A stretch of DNA of 56,470 bases, from NCBI GenBank assembly GCA_007136425.1, contig SLGY01000191.1, positions 1 to 56,470 of the forward strand, read 5' to 3'. The notes under the pieces were generated by a model that saw only the letters and a program-made list of their open reading frames with translations, searched no databases and had not been told where the DNA came from. The position numbers were made by a program, and so were the translations under genes. Numbering within the stretch: the stretch's first letter is position 1; every line of letters starts with the position of its first letter. Shown here piece by piece: positions 9,099-17,217 of the stretch. Source of the stretch: Kiritimatiellia bacterium. GTDB lineage: Bacteria > Verrucomicrobiota > Kiritimatiellia > SLAD01.

Positions 9099-10138
9099 AG
9101 AAAACCGCGGTCCTCGCTCTCAAAATCGTCGCCACCCTGCTCTTCATCGCGGTCCTGGTCAAGCACCTCGACGGACGGGAATTGATCGGGATCCTGCATG
9201 ATGTGGACGGGTTATATGTGTTGCTCGGGCTCTTGTTTTCCTTCGCCCTCATCGCCGTCAGTTGCTGGAAATGGTGGTTCATTCTTCGTTGTCAGGATTG
9301 TCCGGTCCCCTTTCTCAAGCTCTATCGTTGGTATTTCGTCGGCTATTTCTACTCCAATTTTCTGCCGTCCAACGTCGGCGGCGATGTCGCCCGTGCCTGG
9401 CTGGTCGCGCGCCATCATCAATCGGGGAGCCTGGCCCTGATCAGTGTTTTCGCCGAACGTTTTACAGGCGTCCTGGTGCTTTTATCGCTCGCGGTCTTCA
9501 TGCCCTTCACCAGAGCCGGTCTATGGCGACATCCCGCGGTCTGGATCGTTATGTTGTCCGCCCTGACCTTTTTGTTCGGAGCATGCCTATTGATGGTCTT
9601 CGGCCGCATGAGCATGCGCTCCACTTGGATGATGACCGGCCTGAACCGATTGCAACGCCTGCTTCGCGCCGACCGGCCCGGCCGCGCAGCGCGAATTTGG
9701 GATACGGTCGCCGCCAAAGCCCGCGGCTTGGCGGATAAAGGCGGACACTTGTTGGCGGTCCTTCAGCGGCGGCCCGCTTCCGCGTGGGGTATACTTGGAC
9801 TTACCGTGCTCTTTTATGTCATGGCGGTGGGCAATGTTCTGCTGGCCTATCGCGCTTTCGGTCTATGGCCCGACACGGGCGCCGTTGCCGCTGCCCTGCC
9901 CATCGCACTGCTGGTCGGCATGATTCCGATCACCATGGGCAATCTCGGCATTGCCGAAGGCGCGTACGTGTTCTATTTTGGCTTGGCGGGTATTCCCCGG
10001 GAACTTACGCTTGCCATGAGCCTGTTCCTCCGTCTGAAGGTAATGGCGATGGGGGTGATTGGGTTGGTGATGCACTTGCGCATACCCGCCGCTTCCCCGC
10101 CGGGCCCGGGGGCAGGGGGAAAAGAGATTCATGAGTAA
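9095..10138 (+). CDS. flippase-like membrane protein (lysyl-PG synthase TM-region / UPF0104 family)
   Basis: Multi-TM protein carrying the family-typical motif YFYSNFLPSNVGGDVARAW. It is translationally coupled on both sides. Confidence 0.65.
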   Translation: MKKTAVLALKIVATLLFIAVLVKHLDGRELIGILHDVDGLYVLLGLLFSFALIAVSCWKWWFILRCQDCPVPFLKLYRWYFVGYFYSNFLPSNVGGDVARAWLVARHHQSGSLALISVFAERFTGVLVLLSLAVFMPFTRAGLWRHPAVWIVMLSALTFLFGACLLMVFGRMSMRSTWMMTGLNRLQRLLRADRPGRAARIWDTVAAKARGLADKGGHLLAVLQRRPASAWGILGLTVLFYVMAVGNVLLAYRAFGLWPDTGAVAAALPIALLVGMIPITMGNLGIAEGAYVFYFGLAGIPRELTLAMSLFLRLKVMAMGVIGLVMHLRIPAASPPGPGAGGKEIHE

Positions 10139-10895
10139 CAAGCTTTTACCACAAGACGGACAGATACAGCGCGTACTGAACAAGCCCGGCGAACCCGCTT
10201 GGAAACAATACGCCCATCTCGCCGTGGGCCGCCCTTCGCGGTGGGCCTTGCTGCGCTATGAATTCCTGACCGGTTGTTTTGGGAACTGGCCAGGCGCAGC
10301 AGGATATTGGTTGCGCCGCAAGACGTATGGACGCCTCTTCGCGAGCATGGGCGCGGGTGCCATCATCGGGCGCAATGTCGTCATCCGGGGCGCGGACCGT
10401 ATCCGCCTCGGGCGAGGCGTGGCGATTGACGACAACGTGGTCCTCGACGCGCGCGACGCAGACGGGGCCATTGAAATCGGCGACGGCGCGCTCATCTCCC
10501 GAAACACCATTGTTCGCGCCCGAAACGGGATGATCAAAATCGGCGAAAAAGCCGATATCGGCGCGAATTGCCTCTTGGCCACGGACAGCCGTCTGGAGGT
10601 GGGACGCCAAGTGCTGATTGCCGCATATACGTATGTATGCGCGGGAGGGAATCATATTTGTTCCCGTACGGATGTCCCGATCCTGGAACAGGGTCTCGCG
10701 CAGAAAGACGGGATCGTAATTGAGGACGATGTATGGCTCGGCGCATACACCATGGTGCTCGACGGCGTACGCATTGGAACCGGAACCGTCATCGGCGCCC
10801 ATTCGCTGGTCAACAAATCCCTTCCGGCCCGCTCCCTGGCCTGGGGACAGCCCGCGCGACGTCGGAAAGAGCGCGGCGCCACGGCAACAACCTGA
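10131..10895 (+). CDS. hexapeptide-repeat (left-handed beta-helix) acyl/acetyltransferase
   Basis: Repeated [LIV]-G-x-x-x-x hexapeptides (IIGRNVVIRGADRIRLGRGVAIDDNVVL ... VWLGAYTMVLDGVRIGTGTVIGAHSLV). The start overlaps the upstream stop by 8 nt. Confidence 0.75.
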   Translation: MSNKLLPQDGQIQRVLNKPGEPAWKQYAHLAVGRPSRWALLRYEFLTGCFGNWPGAAGYWLRRKTYGRLFASMGAGAIIGRNVVIRGADRIRLGRGVAIDDNVVLDARDADGAIEIGDGALISRNTIVRARNGMIKIGEKADIGANCLLATDSRLEVGRQVLIAAYTYVCAGGNHICSRTDVPILEQGLAQKDGIVIEDDVWLGAYTMVLDGVRIGTGTVIGAHSLVNKSLPARSLAWGQPARRRKERGATATT

Positions 10896-10908
10896 GAGAC
10901 GTCATTGC

Positions 10909-12291
10909 ATGGATACCCGCCCACCCAATGCAGCATCTGAGTCCGATGATCCTCAACCGGTCACGACCGATGCGCCATTCTTGAGCATTGCCTTTTCGGC
11001 CAAGGAACTTTGTACCCGTTGCGGAAGTTGCAGCGGCGTTTGCCCGACCGATGCCATCACGTTAACGGAGGATTTCTATCCCAGCTTGATCCCCGACCGC
11101 TGCATAGCTTGCGGTCTATGCGGCGCTGTTTGTCCCGGAAAAACTGTTTCCTATGGCGACCTGGCCGAACAGGTATTCGACGAACGGTTTGTTGATCGCG
11201 GGTTCGACGGCTGGGTTGAAAAGACGTATGTCGGGTTTTCCACCGACGAGCGTCTCCGCCGGGGCGGAGCCGGCGGGGGCGTCGTTACCGGTTTGCTGGC
11301 GCACCTGCTGCAAAGCGGCGCCGTGGACGGCTGTCTCGTATCAAGGATGAAGAAGGACCGCCCGTGGGAAGGCGAACCGTTCATCGCCACCACGTATGAG
11401 GAACTGTGCGAGAGCCAGGGTTCCCGTTATCATATCATCCCCATGAACACGCTCTGGGCGGATTTACGGAAGAAGCCGGGTCGTTATGCCGCCGCGATCC
11501 TGCCCTGCCAGACCCACGGCTTTCGCAATCTGCAACGGCACGATCCCGAACTCGCGGCACAAATCACGCATGTGGTGGGCTTATTCTGCGGCGGCTCGCT
11601 CGAGCCCTGTTTACCCACGGAAATGCTGACCATGCGCGGCATCCAACGCGACCAGATCACCGATTTCCAGTTCCGGGGAGGCGACTGGCCGGGACAAATG
11701 CGCGCCATATTGAAGGACGGACAAGCCCGGCCGCTGCACTATTCCAACTATAAGGACGGCGCCTACAATTATTTCACGTCGCTGTATATGCCCGAACGCT
11801 GTCAAACGTGTTTGGACGGCTCAAACGAGTTTGCCGACCTGTCCGTCAGCGACGCGTGGACACGCGACGAACAAGGCGAATATAAATTCAAGGAACATTC
11901 CCGCATCCTTATCCGTACCGAGCGCGGCGCCGCACTCGTGCGCGAAGCCGCCGAAGCCGGCGCGCTGGTGGTCAAGGATGTCACCGAAGATCCCAGTTAC
12001 CGCACGCACAAGATGCAGACGCGCCGAAAAGGTTCGTTGGCGCCGTTGCGGGTCGCGCGCTGGAAGCAGGCCGGTCGGCGTGTCCCGGAATATGACCGGA
12101 CGGCGCCGGACGACGTCACCTTGAAGGAACGGATCACTGAGCGCTGCTCTTCAATGCTCTTACGCGCGGGTAAATGGAAACCGTTCCGCATGGCGGTCAT
12201 GGGATTTCTGACCTCGCGCTACGCGATACCGCTGATCAAACTTCGGCTTTACTTGAAGAAGCGGAAATACGCCAAGCGCCGCGCTCGTTAA
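10909..12291 (+). CDS. FrhB/FdhB-like (coenzyme F420 hydrogenase/dehydrogenase beta-subunit family) protein with 2x[4Fe-4S] ferredoxin domain
   Basis: Two CxxCxxCxxxCP motifs (CTRCGSCSGVCP, CIACGLCGAVCP) followed by an FrhB-like body. ATG at 10909 is chosen because the upstream part of ORF 10720.. overlaps the acetyltransferase. Confidence 0.65.
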   Translation: MDTRPPNAASESDDPQPVTTDAPFLSIAFSAKELCTRCGSCSGVCPTDAITLTEDFYPSLIPDRCIACGLCGAVCPGKTVSYGDLAEQVFDERFVDRGFDGWVEKTYVGFSTDERLRRGGAGGGVVTGLLAHLLQSGAVDGCLVSRMKKDRPWEGEPFIATTYEELCESQGSRYHIIPMNTLWADLRKKPGRYAAAILPCQTHGFRNLQRHDPELAAQITHVVGLFCGGSLEPCLPTEMLTMRGIQRDQITDFQFRGGDWPGQMRAILKDGQARPLHYSNYKDGAYNYFTSLYMPERCQTCLDGSNEFADLSVSDAWTRDEQGEYKFKEHSRILIRTERGAALVREAAEAGALVVKDVTEDPSYRTHKMQTRRKGSLAPLRVARWKQAGRRVPEYDRTAPDDVTLKERITERCSSMLLRAGKWKPFRMAVMGFLTSRYAIPLIKLRLYLKKRKYAKRRAR

Positions 12292-12344
12292 GTCTCCTTG
12301 CACAAAGCTTCGGCACCGAAAGCCCGACCACCCCCCCGGGCCCA

Positions 12345-12372
12345 TAGCCCCACACTTATCGAAGTGTGGACA
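12345..12372. repeat. copy 1 of a 28-bp hairpin repeat TAGCCCCACACTTATCGAAGTGTGGACA
   Basis: Exact 28-bp duplicate of 12450..12477. It contains an 8-bp stem CCACACTT/AAGTGTGG with loop ATCG and lies in a convergent intergenic region. Confidence 0.85.
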
Positions 12373-12449
12373 CGGCGCCGGATCACGGTACCGAGACACC
12401 GTGCGCCGCGAAGCTATAGGAACGGATCCCCCCCACTGCTCCGAGCTTG

Positions 12450-12477
12450 TAGCCCCACACTTATCGAAGTGTGGACA
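12450..12477. repeat. copy 2 of the 28-bp hairpin repeat (preceded by G, giving GTAG)
   Basis: Identical to 12345..12372, in direct orientation 105 bp downstream. A third hairpin, CACGGT/ACCGTG (12384..12403), lies between the two copies. Confidence 0.85.
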
Positions 12478-12487
12478 GCGCGCTGGG

Positions 12488-13669
12488 TCAGGGCGAGGAA
12501 GCAAGAATCCGGGCGACCAAATCCACGCTGGCGCGCGCCTTTTGTTTCTCGTATTCCACCAAGGGGCGCATGTGCTCGCGTAACGCGTCGCGCTGTTCCC
12601 AAGCACGCGCCACGGTATCGACCAGGCGATCGCGCGACAGGTCCGCGAATTCGATCGTCCAATCCGCCATGCCGATCGTCTCCATGAACCCCGAACTCTT
12701 AGGGTAGGCGTTAATGTTGACCATCGGCGTGTGTACCGCCGCACAGAAGATCAACGTGTGCGTGCGCAGCCCCGCATGCACGTCCAGCTTGCTCAGCAAG
12801 CCGGTTAATTCCTGATACGTATACCGCTCGTTTCCCACCACGCGGAGACGTCCGGGATATCGGCTGTACCCCACACATTGCCGCGTGATCTTCATGTCCA
12901 TGATCTGGCTGACGGTAAAAAGGATGTCCACGCCCAATCGCTCGATCAACGCATCCGCCGTAGCCGCAATCATTCGGCAGAACCCATCCCGGTCCATCGT
13001 GCCGGTTTCGTTGAAGTCATCGATATAGGCGTTCACATTGAGTCCGATGGTCCCCTTGGGATTGGTGAACAATTCTTCCTTTCGGATAATCTCATCCAAT
13101 CGGGCTGCCGACGGTGGGGCGGTATTGAGCGCACAGTCGGCATGCATCACAATCTCCGGACATTGTCCGGGATAGAGGCGCTCCAAGAGCGCACCCGTGG
13201 CGACATCGCGCGTAATTACCAGAGGCGTGGCGTCCAACACGCGGCGCAGGGCGCGTATGCCGCGCTCCCGTTCCACCGGACCGATACTGCAGTTGTACAA
13301 TACGAGCGGAATGCCGCGCTTCCGGCAGATCGGTGCAATCCGGGAAATCACGTTCAGATTGTTGACAAACGGATTCAGAAACTTCCGGTCGAACAGAATG
13401 TTGTCGACGAGCAATACCAATTCGGTGCGCGTCATCGCGCGATACAACGGAAGCCCGAAATTCTTCAGGGCCAGATTCCAAGGCAACATCCCGACGGGTT
13501 GCACCGGATGATGTCCGAAATGCCGCCGAATGAACGAGGGACTCAAGGTCGGCACCTTGAACACCAGATCAGACCGTTTCAGCGCGAAGTCGTCCAGCAG
13601 ATTTCCGAGAATGGCGTTGTCCCCGGCGTTGCGGCCGGAATTATTTCCCAAGACGGTAATCGTTCTCAT
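12488..13669 (-). CDS. polysaccharide pyruvyl transferase family protein
   Basis: The N-terminus ITVLGNNSGRNAGDNAILGNLL and the later YNCSIGPV block match the PS_pyruv_trans (WcaK/CsaB-like) pattern. Confidence 0.7.
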   Translation of the reverse strand: MRTITVLGNNSGRNAGDNAILGNLLDDFALKRSDLVFKVPTLSPSFIRRHFGHHPVQPVGMLPWNLALKNFGLPLYRAMTRTELVLLVDNILFDRKFLNPFVNNLNVISRIAPICRKRGIPLVLYNCSIGPVERERGIRALRRVLDATPLVITRDVATGALLERLYPGQCPEIVMHADCALNTAPPSAARLDEIIRKEELFTNPKGTIGLNVNAYIDDFNETGTMDRDGFCRMIAATADALIERLGVDILFTVSQIMDMKITRQCVGYSRYPGRLRVVGNERYTYQELTGLLSKLDVHAGLRTHTLIFCAAVHTPMVNINAYPKSSGFMETIGMADWTIEFADLSRDRLVDTVARAWEQRDALREHMRPLVEYEKQKARASVDLVARILASSP

Positions 13670-13681
13670 GGCAGCACCCCT

Positions 13682-14716
13682 TCAACCGGCCTTCCGCCGC
13701 TTCATCCATCCTTGCTCGACATACCAATCGGCCGTCTGTATCAACCCTTCCCGATTGGAGAACTGCGGCTGATAGCCCAACAGCCTGCGCATTTTGCTCA
13801 CATCAAAATCCCGGTCCTTGGAATAGAATGCCACGCGACGCCGGTAAATCGGCGGCTCCACCTTCAACGGCCTGCACACGGCCTCGCATAAATCCGCCAG
13901 CAGAAAAAACGGTCCGATCGGCAATCGGACAACCCGCGTCTTTACCCCGAAATGGTCGGCCACAATCCGGGCGATGTCCGCAATCGGTATCGGCTCGTCG
14001 CCGCCGCAAATGATCGCTTCGCCGCGTGCCGCCGGTTCCGTGGCCGCGATAATGAAACAGTTGGTGAGATCATCCACGTGCACCAGATGATACATGCATT
14101 TGCCTTTGCCCAGTAACGGGAAAAACGGGCGCGTAGCCATTTTGAATAGCTTCAGCAGACGACGATCGCCCGGCCCGTAAATAGCTGCCGGACGGATGAT
14201 CGTATAGTCCAAGTCATGGGTCCCGGCGAACTCGCGCAACCATCGCTCCGCTTCCAGTTTGGTCCGCTGATAATCGTCTCCCGGCGCGTAGGGCGACTCC
14301 TCGGTGCCCGGCGGATTCTCCACATGCCCATGAACCCCGAACGTGGATATGTGAATCAACCGCTTGAACAAGGGGTTCTTTATCGCTTCTTCCGCAATGA
14401 GTTGGGTGCTTCGCACATGCACATTCCAATAATCCTCGTATCCCCCTTTCGCCTCCCGGAACGCAGCGGCCACATGAAATACGTATTCCCTGCCCTGCAT
14501 GGCTTCCTTCAGCACCGACTCGTCAAACACGTCTCCGCGAAACCATTCGACCGGCAGATCTTTCAAGGACTCCAGGCTCGAAGAGGTGCGCGCCACAGCG
14601 CCGACCTTCAGCCCCGCCGCCACCAGTTTCCGCGTCAGCACCGTTCCCGTAAAACCCGTAGCCCCGGTCACAAGGACCGGCGTCCCTGCGGGGATCTTGC
14701 ACAACGCTTCCATCAT
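13682..14716 (-). CDS. NAD-dependent epimerase/dehydratase (extended SDR)
   Basis: Rossmann motif VLVTGATGFTGTVL and a YxxxK-type core. The start overlaps the GT4 stop (ATGA). Confidence 0.75.
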   Translation of the reverse strand: MMEALCKIPAGTPVLVTGATGFTGTVLTRKLVAAGLKVGAVARTSSSLESLKDLPVEWFRGDVFDESVLKEAMQGREYVFHVAAAFREAKGGYEDYWNVHVRSTQLIAEEAIKNPLFKRLIHISTFGVHGHVENPPGTEESPYAPGDDYQRTKLEAERWLREFAGTHDLDYTIIRPAAIYGPGDRRLLKLFKMATRPFFPLLGKGKCMYHLVHVDDLTNCFIIAATEPAARGEAIICGGDEPIPIADIARIVADHFGVKTRVVRLPIGPFFLLADLCEAVCRPLKVEPPIYRRRVAFYSKDRDFDVSKMRRLLGYQPQFSNREGLIQTADWYVEQGWMKRRKAG

Positions 14717-15915
14717 GAATTCGTCCTCCTATGCGCGGCGCCATTCCGCGCCCCGCAAACCTGTTCATAGCACGCCATCAGCCGGGCCTTATGATGTTCC
14801 AACGTGTAATGGGCCTCGTATTCCTTTCGCGCCGCGCGCCCGAGCCGCTGGCGCTGTTCGCCGTCCTTGGCCAAGGCCGTCACCCGCTGCGCAAAGGCCG
14901 TCGACTCAGGCGGGGCGAACACGGCGGTCTCCTCATTCAGCAGAAGGCGATTGGCCGGCACATCCGTGGCGGCAATGGCACGGCCGGCTTTCAGATAGTC
15001 CAACACCTTGAGCGGTGTATTGATCCCGGATATCCGGGTCGAAAGCAATATATCCGATGCCGCAAGATAGTCGGGCAGTCGATCCGGATCAATCGTTCCC
15101 GCAAAGACCACGCGATCAGCCGCGCCCTGCGCCTCGAGCATCCTCCGCCGCGCGGCGATCTCCTTAGCGCTGCCGCCGATAATCGCGAACCGTGCCCGGG
15201 CCGAATGACGAAGGACTTCCGGAATGATCGCAAAGAGTAGGTCGACCCCCTGATATACGGCGAACGAGCCCACGTAAAGGATCAGCACGTCTTCCGGCCC
15301 CGTTCCCCACTTCCCGCGAATCGTTTCGCGGTTCTCGTCCGATGCGTCTTCCAGCGAGGAAGGAATGTCCGGGATATTGAACGCCGGCGTACCCGTATTC
15401 ATCGCCGTCACCTGTTCAACCAAGCCGGGGCCGGTACCGATTACGGCGTCGGCCCGACGGGCGGCGACCTTTTCGACACGCGCATAAATGCGTAGCAACA
15501 GATTCTTCAACCACCCCCCCTTATAGGAGAATGGATCCGAGTGTTTCTCGAAGATGGCGCCGGCCTTGAACCATTTTCCGAGTACTGCGGCGATCAGACC
15601 GGCCTCTTCAATACCGTGAATGACGGTAAACCGATGCGCTCTGCATAAACGATAACCGCGCAAGAAGAGTAATACATCAAAGAACAACTTCCAGGCATTG
15701 GGCCCGATCGGCACCTGCCTGACACCAAATGGATTCGCCACGCGATGAACGCGCACCTTGCCCAGCGGGATATCCTCGCCGACAGGCAGCGTAAGCAGAT
15801 GCACCTCGTAACCCGCCGCCGACAGGGCGAGCAGGTTGAATTTCACCCGTATGGGCGAACCGCGCCATTGGAAGAAGGGCTGCGGCGATATGAATAATAC
15901 GGCTTTTCGCTCCAT
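14713..15915 (-). CDS. glycosyltransferase family 4 (GT-B, Glycos_transf_1)
   Basis: About 400 aa with two Rossmann halves and a C-terminal GT1/GT4 pattern (LYVGSFAVYQGVDLL ... VFAGTIDPDRLPDYLAASDILLSTR). Confidence 0.75.
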   Translation of the reverse strand: MERKAVLFISPQPFFQWRGSPIRVKFNLLALSAAGYEVHLLTLPVGEDIPLGKVRVHRVANPFGVRQVPIGPNAWKLFFDVLLFLRGYRLCRAHRFTVIHGIEEAGLIAAVLGKWFKAGAIFEKHSDPFSYKGGWLKNLLLRIYARVEKVAARRADAVIGTGPGLVEQVTAMNTGTPAFNIPDIPSSLEDASDENRETIRGKWGTGPEDVLILYVGSFAVYQGVDLLFAIIPEVLRHSARARFAIIGGSAKEIAARRRMLEAQGAADRVVFAGTIDPDRLPDYLAASDILLSTRISGINTPLKVLDYLKAGRAIAATDVPANRLLLNEETAVFAPPESTAFAQRVTALAKDGEQRQRLGRAARKEYEAHYTLEHHKARLMACYEQVCGARNGAAHRRTNS

Positions 15916-15998
15916 GACTCATCCTCAACACGCCCGCCGCGAAACGGGACGCGCCGTCTTTTAACAGGATGAGATCATGCGTTGAACCGCGCCGGGAA

Positions 15999-16592
15999 TC
16001 AATACTCCGTTCGCGATGCGCCGTTGGGTATATACCAATTCACCGTCTCCCCCGTGTTCAAATCCGCCACGACAAAGACGTCACCACCGTATTCCGCGCC
16101 CCGGCGACTGAAACGATAATGCCGCCGGTTGTTATTATGGATGCCGGCAAAACGCCCCTGCTCAATCACCCGCCCGCCGGATTCGACGATCATTACATTG
16201 ATCGACAAATCGTTGTATACGCTGGGCAGCAGCACCACCAGGCGCCCGTCGGATTCCGAAATCGGCTTCCAGAGAAATCCCCCACCTTCGCCCGTCATGC
16301 CCACTTCCGACGTGCCCCGCTGGGGAGGCGCGGTCTGGGCGTCATCATCAGCGGCAGACTCCGAATCCGAGGCATCGACCGGGGACTCCGAATCGGCGGC
16401 CTCGACAGAGTGATCGGCGCCGGCATTTGCGGATTGCGTCGTCTGTTGCGATTCCGACACCGATTCCGTGTTGTCGATCTGGCAGCCCATCATAGCCGCG
16501 CCAACCAGCATCAGGAAGACGACGGCATAACGCCCCCACAACCATCTCGCGCGGGGAAGGTTCCTTGTTTCAGCAGGTTCATTCTTCATCAT
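15999..16592 (-). CDS. putative lipoprotein, uncharacterised conserved C-terminal domain (paralogue A)
   Basis: Signal peptide ending AAMMGC, an acidic Ser/Asp/Glu linker, then a domain of about 95 aa (GEGGGFLWKPISESDGRLVVLLP ... GRFAG ... RRHYRF ... VVADL ... RTEY) shared with 16608..17033. RBS AAGGGA lies upstream. Confidence 0.6.
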   Translation of the reverse strand: MMKNEPAETRNLPRARWLWGRYAVVFLMLVGAAMMGCQIDNTESVSESQQTTQSANAGADHSVEAADSESPVDASDSESAADDDAQTAPPQRGTSEVGMTGEGGGFLWKPISESDGRLVVLLPSVYNDLSINVMIVESGGRVIEQGRFAGIHNNNRRHYRFSRRGAEYGGDVFVVADLNTGETVNWYIPNGASRTEY

Positions 16593-16607
16593 TAGATGTC
16601 CCTTAAA

Positions 16608-17033
16608 TTAATAGTCATGTCGTGCGGCCCCGGCGGCAATAGGCCAGTGCACGCTGCCACCTTCTTTCAGGTCGGCAACCAAATAGATGTCGTTCCCATA
16701 CGCGGAACCGTGTTGCGTGAAACGGTAATGGGGACGGAACCCATTGTGCGTGTCGCCTGCAAAACGGCCTCGCTCAATCGGGCCGCCATTTTCGTCGGAG
16801 ATAAACGCACCCTCCACTTGTCCCCGATATTGAGGCGGGAGCAACACGACCAAACGCCCGTCCGATTCGGATCGCGGCTTCCAGACAAAGCCTCCTCCTT
16901 CACCCTGGGAACCGATTCCGCTGCTGCTACTACTGCTGGAATCGCACCCCATGCCCAACAAGCCGCCCGCGACCAAAACCGCCATCAATACCGCCACTCG
17001 ATTCAACGTCATGCACTGTTCCTTCCGTGTCAT
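16608..17033 (-). CDS. putative lipoprotein, uncharacterised conserved C-terminal domain (paralogue B)
   Basis: Signal peptide ending LLGMGC, a poly-Ser linker, and the same domain (GEGGGFVWKPRSESDGRLVVLLP ... GRFAG ... RPHYRF ... LVADL ... RHDY). ATG at 17033 has a GGAGG-type RBS; alternative starts are at 17012 and 17069. The stop lies 15 nt before the start of paralogue A. Confidence 0.6.
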   Translation of the reverse strand: MTRKEQCMTLNRVAVLMAVLVAGGLLGMGCDSSSSSSSGIGSQGEGGGFVWKPRSESDGRLVVLLPPQYRGQVEGAFISDENGGPIERGRFAGDTHNGFRPHYRFTQHGSAYGNDIYLVADLKEGGSVHWPIAAGAARHDY

Positions 17034-17217
17034 GTTCACTCCGCCTCCGGACCATATGTGCACTCCCATACGATTACCAAACCGGACAAGCGACTAGAAT
17101 GATTGACACGGATACCCTTGAACATATGGGAATGCAAGCACAATGCACTTTCGCATTCCTTGATTGACGGATCTCCGTCAACGCGACAAAGTTCTGTGTC
17201 CAAAAGGACGAACCCCC

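Noticed and set aside
12160-12744. 194-aa minus-strand ORF containing the peptide CPHFDKCGA twice
   Set aside because: The duplicated peptide is just the translation of the duplicated 28-bp hairpin repeat. The ORF bridges the 3' ends of two real convergent genes and has no other coding signal.
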